A stretch of DNA of 64,000 nucleotides from an uncultured delta proteobacterium (GTDB lineage: Bacteria; Desulfobacterota; Binatia; UBA9968), in assembly GCA_963847445.1 (NCBI GenBank), contig CAWJZV010000015.1, positions 128,001 to 192,000 on the forward strand. Reading direction: 5' to 3'. Below, in pieces: positions 24,245 through 34,139 of this stretch; the first letter of the stretch is position 1, and each line of letters begins with the position of its first letter. The position numbers and the translations under genes were made by a program. A model generated the notes under the pieces. The model saw nothing but the letters and a program-made list of their open reading frames with translations, did no database searches and was not told the DNA's origin.

Positions 24245-25392
24245 GTAGCAGAGTGAAACCCATTCTTCCAGGGGCAGCCATCGGCGTGCTTGGCAGCGGC
24301 CAATTAGGGCGCATGTTCGCTATCGCGGCGCGCCAGATGGGCTACCGCGTCCACACCTTTTCATCTGAAACCGACACACCGACGGGGCAGGTAGCCGATG
24401 TCGAGATCGCGGCGTCCTATGACGATCTTGACGCCGTGCGCCGGTTTGCCCAGGCGGTTCAAGTGGTGACTTTCGAATTCGAAAATGTCCCGGCGGCCTG
24501 TGTCGAGGCGGCGGCCGCTTTCGTGCCGGTGCGTCCCGGCGGTTCGCTGTTGCACATCGCTCAGAATCGCCTGCGCGAAAAGAGCTTTCTCGCGCGGAAC
24601 GGTTTCCCGACGACAGAGTTTGCTGCCGTGCGTGGGCTTGACGATCTCCCCGCGGCGACAAAGAAAATCGGCTTCCCGGCGATCATGAAAACCGCCAGCT
24701 CGGGTTACGATGGCAAGGGCCAGGCGAAGGTTGCGAATCTCGAGGACGCGGCGCAGGCATTTCACGGTTGCGGCGGCCAGGAGATGATTGTCGAAGGGTT
24801 TGTCGATTTCGAACTGGAATTCTCGGTGGTGATGGCGCGCGGCCTGGATGGTCAGTTTGTCCACTGGGGAGCAATTCAAAATCGCCACAAACATCACATC
24901 CTCGACATATCGTTGGCGCCGGCGCGGATGGGCCAAACAGCCAGCGCTCGCGCCTTTGAAGTTTCCCGAGCGCTTGCGGATAAGCTCGACTTGATCGGTG
25001 TGCTGTGTATCGAGTTTTTCCTGACGCGAAATGGCGAGATTCTGGTCAACGAACTCGCGCCCCGGCCACATAACTCCGGCCATCTGACGATCAACGCTTC
25101 GCGCACCAGTCAGTTTGAGCAACAACTGCGGGCGGTCTGCGGCCTGCCGCTCGGCTCGACGGAATTTGTCGGCGCTGCGGCCATGGCCAATTTACTGGGA
25201 GACTTGTGGCACGGCGGCGAGCCCAATTGGCCGGCAGCCTGTGCGCTGCCGGACGTGAAGCTTCATCTCTACGGCAAGATCGAGCCGCGCCCTGGGCGCA
25301 AGATGGGCCATCTGACAGCGCTGGCCGCGACGGGTGAAAGCGCAGCGCAGATCGTGCTCTTGGCGCGGGAAAATTTGCACCCGGTTCGTTAG
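24241..25392 (+). CDS. purK: N5-CAIR synthetase
   Basis: [39 protein letters not shown]. Confidence 0.97.
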   Translation: MSSRVKPILPGAAIGVLGSGQLGRMFAIAARQMGYRVHTFSSETDTPTGQVADVEIAASYDDLDAVRRFAQAVQVVTFEFENVPAACVEAAAAFVPVRPGGSLLHIAQNRLREKSFLARNGFPTTEFAAVRGLDDLPAATKKIGFPAIMKTASSGYDGKGQAKVANLEDAAQAFHGCGGQEMIVEGFVDFELEFSVVMARGLDGQFVHWGAIQNRHKHHILDISLAPARMGQTASARAFEVSRALADKLDLIGVLCIEFFLTRNGEILVNELAPRPHNSGHLTINASRTSQFEQQLRAVCGLPLGSTEFVGAAAMANLLGDLWHGGEPNWPAACALPDVKLHLYGKIEPRPGRKMGHLTALAATGESAAQIVLLARENLHPVR

Positions 25393-25648
25393 CCGAGCTA
25401 AACCGTTAACACCCGGTGTTCAATCGCCGCGTTTTCTTTGGCCGACGCTCGCCCTCGTCCCTGGAACGTTAAAAGTACGATTCCAGGTGGGCATTGCCCT
25501 TGGAATTAGTGCTCGCGACATAGTTGCCGGAAGGACCCCACGCCGGCAGGGATCGCTGTTTGCGCCATCCTGCCGCAGGTTGCCCCTGTTTCCTGTCTCC
25601 CCGGCAGATCGAATGCGGGCGCATAGATTCCTGCTTTATCTCTGCCGG

Positions 25649-26596
25649 CTAATTTTCTTGCGCGGTTGTGTACCGGGGCCGTACGATTTCCACAGAACAT
25701 TGGGCACGCGTGGCGACTGCGATGGAGACACTGCCGAGCAAAAAACGCTCAAGGCGTCTGAGCCCTCTGGCTCCCAGAAAAATGCAATCAACTCTGAGCC
25801 GCTCGGCCTCTTCAACGAGAACCTCCTTGGGATCACCTCCCTTGACGATTGCAGAGACACTGATGCCGGAGGCTTGTAGCTTAGCGGTCGAGGTCGCCAG
25901 AATATTTTCGAGCCACGCCCGCTCATCTTTGAAGCCATTTTCGGTCCAATCCAAGGCCGTTGACATGGCTCGATCTAGGACCGCAACCAGGTGCGCCTTG
26001 GTGTCAGGCGGCCAGGCTCGGCTCGCGACCTCAGCGACGGCAAGCGCCGTGCTCGCAGAGCCATCCACGCCAATGAGGATCTGCAGAGGATCGGCATTCT
26101 TAGCGAGACGTCTCCGTGCGACTCGCACCGAGCAACGCGCTTCGGTCAGCACAGTTTGTGAAACGCTGCCAAGAAATAGTCGGCCGAGCGTCGAACGGTT
26201 GTGCGAGCCCAGGACGATGAGGTCTGGTTGCCACTGATCGGCTTTCTCGACGATCGCCCACGCGGGAGAATGCCCAAAGACTTCCGTCCGTACTTGCCAG
26301 GCAGGGAATTGTGCGTGCAGCCGCTCCTGTGCGTTGGTCGCCGATCGACGTGCTTCTTCTAATGCAAAAGCAACTTGTTCCAACCTGTGTTCCACCGCGC
26401 TAGAGTTATAATTCTTTAAAGCAGCTGCGGGGGCATCGCCTGCCGACGAGGCGGCGCGAGGCATGAAAATGTCGGCGACGCTGATAACGATGGCGTCGGC
26501 CTGCGCGGGCAGTCCGGCTCGGAGCAAATCGTCTAGCGCCGTGTCAGCCGAACTAGAACCGTCATAAGCAATCAGCAGTTTCATTTTATTGTTCAC
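25649..26596 (-). CDS. Tandem universal stress protein (two USP domains)
   Basis: LLIAYDGS..DLIVLGS..FLGSVS, repeated as ILIGVDGS..LGARG..LLGSVS. Confidence 0.92.
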   Translation of the reverse strand: MNNKMKLLIAYDGSSSADTALDDLLRAGLPAQADAIVISVADIFMPRAASSAGDAPAAALKNYNSSAVEHRLEQVAFALEEARRSATNAQERLHAQFPAWQVRTEVFGHSPAWAIVEKADQWQPDLIVLGSHNRSTLGRLFLGSVSQTVLTEARCSVRVARRRLAKNADPLQILIGVDGSASTALAVAEVASRAWPPDTKAHLVAVLDRAMSTALDWTENGFKDERAWLENILATSTAKLQASGISVSAIVKGGDPKEVLVEEAERLRVDCIFLGARGLRRLERFLLGSVSIAVATRAQCSVEIVRPRYTTAQEN

Positions 26597-26694
26597 AAAC
26601 TAGATCCCTATTGCCAAATCAAGAAGCATTTGCCCTGGGCACTCGCAGGGGGACTTGACCTTGATAGGCTTGTTTTAACTAGCCGACTTGGTGA

Positions 26695-26720
26695 GTTATT
26701 GTGAGTTAACTCACAGTAAC
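26695..26720. promoter_or_regulatory. CRP/FNR-family binding site (TGTGA-N6-TCACA) within a 26-bp palindrome
   Basis: GTTAT-TGTGA-GTTAAC-TCACA-GTAAC, about 100 bp upstream of the USP start. Confidence 0.7.
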
Positions 26721-26744
26721 TTTAATCACCAGCCGCGAATTATT

Positions 26745-26951
26745 TCATCCCGGCAGCTCTCTCGATAAGATCGTTACCTTATATGCCGCCACGATCGCAT
26801 CCTCATACCGTTTCTCATCGGGCAATGACATAGCCAGGTTCAGCGAAGCTTCGGCGTGATTGAGCCTTGGTTTTTCCGCGCCGCTGCGGATCTTTTTGGC
26901 TTCAAACAATTCGTGCTGCGCAACCCTGACAGCGATTATTGCATCATCCAA
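26745..26951 (-). CDS. Small hypothetical protein; true start uncertain
   Basis: Helical-looking ORF; upstream frame continues across a TGA into a hydrophobic stretch (VKVVILLATIAVVLG). Confidence 0.3.
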   Translation of the reverse strand: MDDAIIAVRVAQHELFEAKKIRSGAEKPRLNHAEASLNLAMSLPDEKRYEDAIVAAYKVTILSRELPG

Positions 26952-27027
26952 ACTCGGACCTCCGGAAATCGAGGTTCATTTGACGGTTCCCAGAACGACG
27001 GCGATGGTTGCCAGCAAAATGACGACC

Positions 27028-28026
27028 TTAACCAGGCCTACTCTTAACCTCCGACTCGATGATCTTCGAGCCGGGCTTAGGCTCTTTGGGTGAGATCTGG
27101 ATTGCGGCTCCCGAAAGTTTCGTTTTCACCAGAGAAGCTAGAATTGAGATGACGAGTATTCCTGCCACCACCGCCAAGGAGACCGTGATGGGAACCTTAT
27201 AGAAATCGACGATCATCATCTTGATGCCAACGAAACACAGGACAAAGGAAAGCCCGACCTTTAGGTAGCGGAACATCTCTAGTATTCCGGCCAACAGAAA
27301 GTACAGCGCGCGCAGGCCCAAAATGGCGAATATGTTGGAGGTGTAAACGATGAAGGGATCGAGGGTGATGGCAAAGATAGCGGGGATGGAGTCGACGGCG
27401 AAGATGACGTCGGTAGTCTCGATCACCAGCAAAACCACGAAGAGAGGCGTGGCCCAGCGACGCCCATCGATGCGGACGAAAAAACGTTGCCCTTGATAAT
27501 CCTTGGTGATCGGCATCCAGCGGCGGAGCAAAACGACGGCTGGATTCTTCTCGGGCTCAATCTTTTCGTCACCGGCGAAAAACATCTTGATACCCGTGAT
27601 AATTAGAAAGCCGCCGAAAATGTAGATGATCCAGTGAAACGCGCTTAGAAGGGCGGCGCCCGCCGCAATAAATATCGCCCGCATGATCAGCGCGCCGAGG
27701 ATACCCCAGAAAAGAATCCGATGCTGGTACATCGGTGGAACGGCAAAGTATGAAAAGATCATGATGAAGACAAAGATGTTGTCCACGCTCAAGGACTTCT
27801 CGATCAGGTAGCCGGCGAGAAACTCCATGGCCTTTTCCGAGCCCCACAGGTAGTAAATCCCCAGGTTGAAGATCAGCGCTAGAGAAATCCACACGACGCT
27901 CCAAGTGAAAGCCTCGCGCAACGAAACCGCGTGAGCTTTGCGGTGAAAGACCAGCAGGTCGAGGGCCAACATGCCCAGCACAAAGGCGTTAAAAACGATC
28001 CATAACAAAACACTGTCAGAGGTCAT
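27028..28026 (-). CDS. TerC/Alx family membrane protein
   Basis: GYLIEKSLSVDNIFVF, DVIFAVDSIPAI, TSNIFAILGLRALYF. Confidence 0.95.
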   Translation of the reverse strand: MTSDSVLLWIVFNAFVLGMLALDLLVFHRKAHAVSLREAFTWSVVWISLALIFNLGIYYLWGSEKAMEFLAGYLIEKSLSVDNIFVFIMIFSYFAVPPMYQHRILFWGILGALIMRAIFIAAGAALLSAFHWIIYIFGGFLIITGIKMFFAGDEKIEPEKNPAVVLLRRWMPITKDYQGQRFFVRIDGRRWATPLFVVLLVIETTDVIFAVDSIPAIFAITLDPFIVYTSNIFAILGLRALYFLLAGILEMFRYLKVGLSFVLCFVGIKMMIVDFYKVPITVSLAVVAGILVISILASLVKTKLSGAAIQISPKEPKPGSKIIESEVKSRPG

Positions 28027-28433
28027 AGGTTTTCCTTAGAGGGCAACGCGCGATAAAACAGGACTAGGGCAACAAGCCCGAGAATTACCATCAAGCTAGA
28101 GGGGAAAAAGTCCCCAGTCACCGCTACATGGCAGGCGAAAAGCGCAGTAAGCAGGAGCGTAACAAAAGGCGTAAAAACCAGCGCTAGGTCTTTGAGTATG
28201 AGCAAACCAATGCCACCGGCCAGCAAGCCAAGCCCGCAGGCGCCGGCCGCGATGACGAATGCTATGCTCGAAGGGTCGGCATCGGATTCGGAGTCGGAGT
28301 AATCGATAATCCCGCCGCTGAACACGAAGAGACCAAAAAGCGATATCAAGTATCGCTGGCGTCGCCATTGGCGTACTTCCGTTGACAATCCGGTCCTTAA
28401 CAACCCGGATCGCCGCCACCCGACGTATGGCAT
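28023..28433 (-). CDS. TMEM14-like small membrane protein; N-terminus probably frameshifted
   Basis: FGLFVFSGGII..TGDFFPSSLMVILG resembles the TMEM14 pattern; overlaps the terC start. Confidence 0.5.
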   Translation of the reverse strand: MPYVGWRRSGLLRTGLSTEVRQWRRQRYLISLFGLFVFSGGIIDYSDSESDADPSSIAFVIAAGACGLGLLAGGIGLLILKDLALVFTPFVTLLLTALFACHVAVTGDFFPSSLMVILGLVALVLFYRALPSKENL

Positions 28434-28618
28434 GCATTGTCATTGTCGTGCCTCCTTAACCACTCAAGCCGTTTGATCCGCGCTTGCATGGGAATGGGTG
28501 TGAGAGAGATTCATCAGCAAAGGACTTGGTCCCGGTTTTGAATTTGCTTTTAGTGTTCATTGGTTTAAAGTCGCTGATAAAGACGCGCGATGCTGAATGC
28601 ATCGCCTCCAAGGTCTCG

Positions 28619-29041
28619 TTAGCCTCTTAAGCGGAAGTGTTTGTGGCGCACACCGGCTCGCTCCGTTCGGAATCGCGGCACTTCACTTGTCCTACCTCCG
28701 CGGGTGACGACCCATTGATTTAATCCTCTCCTCAGATAACCAGGATCGATGCCCAGGGCGTCGCAGATGTTGCTAAAAGAAAAGACCCGCTCGCTGTCAT
28801 CGGGAGCGTTGAGCCAATTTTTCGCGTCGTGAAAGTCGCGCCGTTGGCGGCGCGTGGAATAACGCGGATCGATTGACAGGCACGCGACAACATCTTCCAA
28901 CACCGCCGCTATGAGGCGTCGCTCGGGATCGCAATAATGGTTTTTTCGCAAGGTTGAATAAAAACGCTCTGGCAGCAATGTGTCGGACTCGAATAAATGA
29001 CCGATATCTTGATGTGCATACTCGCGTGATCCCAAGCCCAT
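28619..29041 (-). CDS. Conserved hypothetical protein (family recalled from Binatia-like genomes)
   Basis: LFESDTLLPE..PERRLIAAVLED..W..FSFSNICDALGIDPGYLRRGL; divergent from nhaR. Confidence 0.7.
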   Translation of the reverse strand: MGLGSREYAHQDIGHLFESDTLLPERFYSTLRKNHYCDPERRLIAAVLEDVVACLSIDPRYSTRRQRRDFHDAKNWLNAPDDSERVFSFSNICDALGIDPGYLRRGLNQWVVTRGGRTSEVPRFRTERAGVRHKHFRLRG

Positions 29042-29135
29042 AATTGTCGACTCCGTTAGCGACCTTGTCTTAGTGACTCCGGCAACGTAATGCCTAGCCT
29101 GCAATTTGACAAATTCATAATAGTTGATTGATTGA

Positions 29136-29148
29136 TAGAAAAAACCGA
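29136..29148. promoter_or_regulatory. Putative LysR/NhaR box (T-N11-A)
   Basis: TAGAAAAAACCGA within ATAG-N11-CTAT in the AT-rich divergent promoter upstream of nhaR. Confidence 0.5.
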
Positions 29149-29165
29149 ACTATGATGAAGCCGCT

Positions 29166-30065
29166 ATGGAGTGGCTTAACTACCATCATCTTTTGTATTT
29201 CTGGACTGTGGCGCGGATTGGCAGCGTGTCGCGTGCCGGCGAGGAGTTGCGCCTCACCCAAGCGACGGTCAGTGCGCAGGTCAAGTCTCTGGAAAACGCA
29301 ATGGGCGAAAAGCTGTTTCGCCGTTCCGGGCGCAAGCTGATTTTGACCGATACCGGCAAAGTGGTGTTTCGTTATGCCGATGAGATATTTTCTTTGGGAC
29401 AGGAGATGATGGGGACGCTCAAAGGCCGGCCCGAAGGCCGCCTCGCCCGGCTGACGATCGGAGTGGCCGATGTCCTACCGAAGCTCGTCGCATATCGACT
29501 CATTGAACCGGCGCTCAGCCTGAAAGACTCCTACCGGATTATCTGCCGGGAAGGCACTAACGAGGAGCTCCTGCCGGCGTTGGCGCTGCACGATGTCGAC
29601 GTGGTGTTGACCGATTCTCCGATCGACCCGGCGCTCAATGTCAAAGCGTTCAACCACCTGCTTGGCGAATGCGGCATGATTCTTTTTGGCGCAGCTAAAT
29701 TAGCGGCGCAATACCGCCGCGGTTTCCCGCGTTCACTCGACGGCGCGCCGTTTTTGATGCCAACACGAAACACGACGGCGCGCCGCTCATTGGATCAGTG
29801 GTTTGATGGTAAAAACATCGTTCCGCGCATCGTCGCGGAGTTCGAAGACAACGCTCTGTTGAAGGTGTTTGGCCAACGCGGGCTGGGCTTATTCTTCGCG
29901 CCGTCTGTGATCGCCGCGGAAGTGCAAAAGCAGTACAAGGTAAATATCGTCGGCAATCTCGGCGACGTGATCGAGCGGTTCTACGCGATTTCTCTGGACC
30001 GCAAATTGAAACATCCTGCGGTAGTGGCGATTTCGGAAGCCGCTAAAGCTCGTCTCGGCGATTGA
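29166..30065 (+). CDS. nhaR: LysR-family activator NhaR
   Basis: WLNYHHLLYFWTVA..GSV, YADEIFSLG, AEFEDNALLKVFG, KHPAV. Confidence 0.9.
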   Translation: MEWLNYHHLLYFWTVARIGSVSRAGEELRLTQATVSAQVKSLENAMGEKLFRRSGRKLILTDTGKVVFRYADEIFSLGQEMMGTLKGRPEGRLARLTIGVADVLPKLVAYRLIEPALSLKDSYRIICREGTNEELLPALALHDVDVVLTDSPIDPALNVKAFNHLLGECGMILFGAAKLAAQYRRGFPRSLDGAPFLMPTRNTTARRSLDQWFDGKNIVPRIVAEFEDNALLKVFGQRGLGLFFAPSVIAAEVQKQYKVNIVGNLGDVIERFYAISLDRKLKHPAVVAISEAAKARLGD

Positions 30066-30164
30066 CAGGCGTAAGGCTTTGATTGGCTTTGGGTGCCAAT
30101 CCCCGCAAGCGCACCGATCGAAGCAAAGAGAGCCAATCCAGGAAATTCGCGAATGCGGTGGACG

Positions 30165-30530
30165 CTAAAAACGCCCGCGATGGGCCAGGTTGTTTTCCAG
30201 GGCAAAGACAAACACCCGTTCGCCGCTCTCGGTGCTGATGTCGGTATGCAGATCGAGGATTTTCGTGCCGGCAAGATCGCCAATCACCTGATACAAAAGG
30301 GGGCGGGCCTTGTCGATCAGAGTTGCACGCATTTTTTTGACCAATTCTTTGCCGTCGATCGATTTGCTTAACTGTTCTTCGGCCGGGGTTAAAACGCCTT
30401 TGAGGCGAACGACAACCAAGTCTTCAACGATATAAGTGCGGGTCTCTTTCGGGCCGCGGCCCATGTAGTCGATCTCGAACTGAATGATGGCTTGGCTAAT
30501 GGCTGCTTCGATTTCGCCTTTGGTTTTCAT
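30165..30530 (-). CDS. mpsC: MpsC family protein (DUF2294)
   Basis: KTKGEIEAAIS..YMGRGP..GVLTPAE..LHTDISTESGERV. Confidence 0.85.
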   Translation of the reverse strand: MKTKGEIEAAISQAIIQFEIDYMGRGPKETRTYIVEDLVVVRLKGVLTPAEEQLSKSIDGKELVKKMRATLIDKARPLLYQVIGDLAGTKILDLHTDISTESGERVFVFALENNLAHRGRF

Positions 30531-30546
30531 AGGCCAGCGGAGAACG

Positions 30547-30574
30547 AAAAAAGCCGCACGCCCAGTCGCGTGGC
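30547..30574 (-). terminator. Putative intrinsic terminator between the arsC-like gene and mpsC
   Basis: Minus strand GCCACGC-GACTGG-GCGTGCGGC followed by TTTTTT. Confidence 0.55.
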
Positions 30575-30581
30575 GCCAGAT

Positions 30582-30935
30582 TCAAGAGCGCAGCAATTCA
30601 TTCACGGCGGCTTCGTTGAAGCCGGTTAATTTTTTCTTGCCTTTAACGATGACCGGGCGTTTCAACAGATTCGCATCCTTGAGCATGAGCTTGATCGCCT
30701 CGTCTTTGCTCGGCGGCTTCTGCTTCATGTTCATCTCGCGGTAGAGCGGCGTACGCGTGCTGAGAAACGGTTCGATGGGATCGTTGCCGATGAGTTCGCG
30801 CAGCTCGTTCTCGGTGAACGGCGTCTTGCCGTATTCTCTTTCTTCGAAGTCGACTTTTTTCGATTGCAAGAAACTTCTTGCTTTGCGGCAAGTGGTTCAG
30901 GTGGCTTTGTAGATAAAGCGGATTTTGTCGGCCAT
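30582..30935 (-). CDS. ArsC/Spx-family protein with in-frame TGA (putative UxxC selenoprotein)
   Basis: MADKIRFIYKAT-TGA-TTCRKARSFL...LLKRPVI..GF; TGA at 30899-30897 occupies the first Cys of CxxC. Confidence 0.8.
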
Positions 30936-30946
30936 GAAAATCTCTC

Positions 30947-31014
30947 GGAGTGATGGAGTATTGAAGTGCAGGGTTCGGAATCCAAGCCGGACTCCGATCA
31001 CTCCAGTACTCCAA
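30947..31014. repeat. Palindromic 8-bp-unit repeat, copy 2
   Basis: ggagtgatggagtattgaagtg...cactccagtactccaa. Confidence 0.75.
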
Positions 31015-31036
31015 CTTACCCTACCAGTCGCGGCGT

Positions 31037-32420
31037 TTATTTAAAGAACTTGGCGACTCTTTCGAAGGCGGCCGATTCGACTTCGTTGCGCACCGGCCAT
31101 TCGGATTTCGACTTCAACGGAATCGTCGCGTCGATGATCGCCACCGCGTCGCCCAACCAGCCGCGGAAGCTTTGCACTTCGCGGATGATCTCGATGTCTT
31201 TGTCCCAATGGACCCGGGTAGCCACCGCCCACATGACTTCGCGCTCGTTAAAAACGTCGATATCGTCGTCGACGATGACCGCCAGCTTCAAGTTGGGCAT
31301 CTCGACGAACGCCTGCATGCCGGCTTTGTTGGGTTCGTTCTCGAACTCTTTCTTGATCGAGATGTAGCAAATGCAGCGGCCGCAGCCCGACGCGGCGAGG
31401 TGAATGCCTTTGATGCCCGGGAACGTTTTTCTTGATGACGTTGTAAGTGCTGCCTTCTTTGGGCACGGAGCCGAGATTCCAGTGGTCCATGTGGCCGGGC
31501 CAGAAGTCCTCGACGATGCCGCCGCGCCGGTGCGTGATGGCGGTGACTTCGATGACCGGCACGTCCATTTTCGGCTGCGCGTAGCCGAGAATTTCACCGA
31601 AAGGATTTTGCTCTTTGCGCACGCCCGGCAAGATCTCGCCCTCAATGATGACTTCGGCGTCGGCAGGAACCATGAATTTATCGCCCCAGGTGGTCGAAGG
31701 CGTCAGCCGCAGCGGTTCTTTTAAGAACGCCGACGCGGTTAGATAGTCGTTGTTGCCCATCGCCGTCATCGCGCAGGATGAAAGATAAAATGCCGGATGA
31801 TGGCCGAGGATGACGATCACCGGCGCGCGCAGGTTCTTCTCTTCATACTCGCAAGCCATCGCTTCCAGGTGATGATGCTTGTGCGCCGAAAAGCTCATAT
31901 GCTTGGGGTCGTGGAATTTATTCTTGGTGAAAGTGATGTCGTAGTATTCCTGGTTCAAACCCTTCATGGCGCAGGTCATGGTGTGATACGGGCCAGCGTC
32001 GCCTTTCTGATGCATCGGCATAGGCAGGATTCGCAGGTCCGCTTTGTCGCCGGTCAGGACGACTTCCTTCACCGGCGCTTTCTCCGGCGCGATGACCTCT
32101 AATTTGCCCTGCTGCTGTTCCAGTCTGGCGACCTCAAGACTGACTTCCATGGGCGATTTGATATCGCCCATGTCGAGGGAGTCGGCGATGTACTGGCGCG
32201 ACACCCAGGGGTTATAGAACATCGGGAAGTTCGACTTTTCACCATTCAGCGCCGGCAGATTTTCGAACAACACCATTTTCGGTTCGTTGCGCACGTCCAA
32301 GTGTTTCAAGTATGCGACGGTTTCGTAATTGTTCGCGTCGATATGATTTTTCTCGCGAATCACCGCGCCTTCGCGGGTGGCGCCTTCTTTGGCGATAAAA
32401 CTTGGCAGATCTTTGGCCAT
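31037..32420 (-). CDS. UbiD-family (de)carboxylase; frameshift near 31420
   Basis: APVKEV, DLRILP, DAGPY, VPADAEVIIEG, PFGE, VDDDIDV, VMWAVATR, IIDAT. Confidence 0.9.
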
Positions 32421-32499
32421 GAACATTCTCCTCTAAATTTATTTACCTGGGAAAACTATCCACTCTACTTAGATGAATCGCCGCGTGAGTGCAAGCGAG

Positions 32500-34025
32500 C
32501 TAGCTGTGAATAAGCCCCTTGAGTGCGCGCAGTTTGTGCGACCAACCCGAGTGGCAAAGCAGGTTGAGCAGATGGCGCACTTGGCGGGCTTTTTTCTCGC
32601 TCGCGGGGTACCAAGGGAATTCTTCCTTGAGGCCGAAACGGTCGACGACGATGGTTTTTTCCTGGCAGAACTTGCGAATGCCGGCGGCGCCATGACGGTA
32701 GCCGAAGCCGCTGTCTTTGCGGCCGCCCATGGGCGCTTCGGGTATGATAAAGTTAACTAGACTGTCGTTGACGCAAACCGCGCCGCTGTCAAGTTGATCG
32801 GCAAGCTTCACCGCCGCCGACCGATCGCGCGAAAAGATGCTGGCGCTAAGGCCGTAACGCGAATCATTGGCCAGTCGAACAGCTTCTTCCGGACTATCAA
32901 CCTGCATGATCGGAATCACCGGGCCGAAGGTTTCTTCGGCCATGATGCTCATGGAATGATCGACATCGACGAGTACCGTCGGCTCGTAGTAGTAGCCCGG
33001 CAAGTTGGGATTGCGCCGGCCGCCGGTGACAATCCTGGCGCCTTTGGCGCGTGCTTCGTCGACTTGTGCGGCAACTTTATTTAGCTGCGCCGCCGATGTC
33101 ATGGCGCCGATATCGACGGCCTCGGCGCTGGTTCCCTGCCGGATCGCTTTGACCCGGGCGGTGACGTTGTCGACGAACGCCTGATAGATTGGCGCTTCGA
33201 CGTAGACCCGCTCAATCGAGGTGCAGGTTTGGCCACAGTTCATCAATGCGCCCCAGACGCAGGCGCCGGCCGCTCGTTCCATATCGGCGTCCTTCAGGAC
33301 GATCATGGGGTCTTTGCCGCCCAACTCCAAAGAGACTGGAATCAGCCGATCGGCGGCGCGGTGCATGACCTGTTTGCCGGTATCGACGCTGCCGGTAAAG
33401 GCGATCATATCGGCATGATCTATCAAGGGCGGCGCCGGTGCCGCCGTCGCCGACGACGATTTGTAGCAGGTCTTTGGGAAAGCCGGCCTTGGCGGCCAAT
33501 TCGGCGCCGAAGAGCGCGGATAGGGGAGTTAGCTCGGAAGGTTTAATCACCACGGCATTGCCGGCCATCAATGCCGGCAGGGCTTCGCCCAAGGTCAGGG
33601 TCAGGGGAAAGTTCCATGGACTAATGATGCCAATCACCCCGCGCGGCGCGTATGTGAAGTAAGCTTTCTTGGCCTTCACCAAGGGAAAGCTCGGCGAGAG
33701 TTTTTGTCGCCGAAGGTAGCGCTCAGAGTGCTTGGCCCAGGCGCCTATGGCGTTGCACAGGTAGAATAGCTCGTTGCCGTAGACTTCAGCGCGCGGCCGG
33801 CCGGTTTCGCCGGTCAAAATATCGGCGAGTCTATCGCCTTCGTCGAGCAGCAAGTCGCGCAGCCGGTAGAGCAGTTTGGCGCGCTCGGCAAAACTAGTTT
33901 GTTGCCAGCTCGACTGTGCCTGCCGGGCGCGCGTGATTGCCGGGCGACTTCGTTGGCGATGCCACCGGCAGTTCTTGGATTAACTCCAAGGTGGCAGGAT
34001 TGCGAACTTGAATGGTTGCGCTCAT
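32500..34025 (-). CDS. Aldehyde dehydrogenase family protein; frameshifts near 33945 and 33420
   Basis: VRNPAT, ISPWNFP, IKPSE, FTGS, LELGGKDP, GQTC, EETFGP. Confidence 0.93.
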
Positions 34026-34139
34026 TTGATTGGCCAAAATATCAGAGCGCTGGATAAAAATCCTTTAGTTGTCGAGACTCCTGGGTTTCTTGCTGAAGTT
34101 CGCATGGCGTCTGGTGGATACTACGATCGTCGGAGAATT

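Noticed and set aside
26951-27030. Second selenoprotein (in-frame TGA upstream of the 68-aa ORF)
   Set aside because: No redox motif, no recognisable Cys-containing family and no convincing start codon.
28560-28740. yybP-ykoY (Mn2+) riboswitch ahead of the terC operon
   Set aside because: Only the 3' CGAGACCTT fragment is present. No 5' GGGGAGTAG counterpart was found, and the upstream sequence is coding.
29082-29097. Sigma54 promoter (GGCATTACGTTGC on the minus strand)
   Set aside because: GG-GC spacing is 9 nt instead of the required 10.
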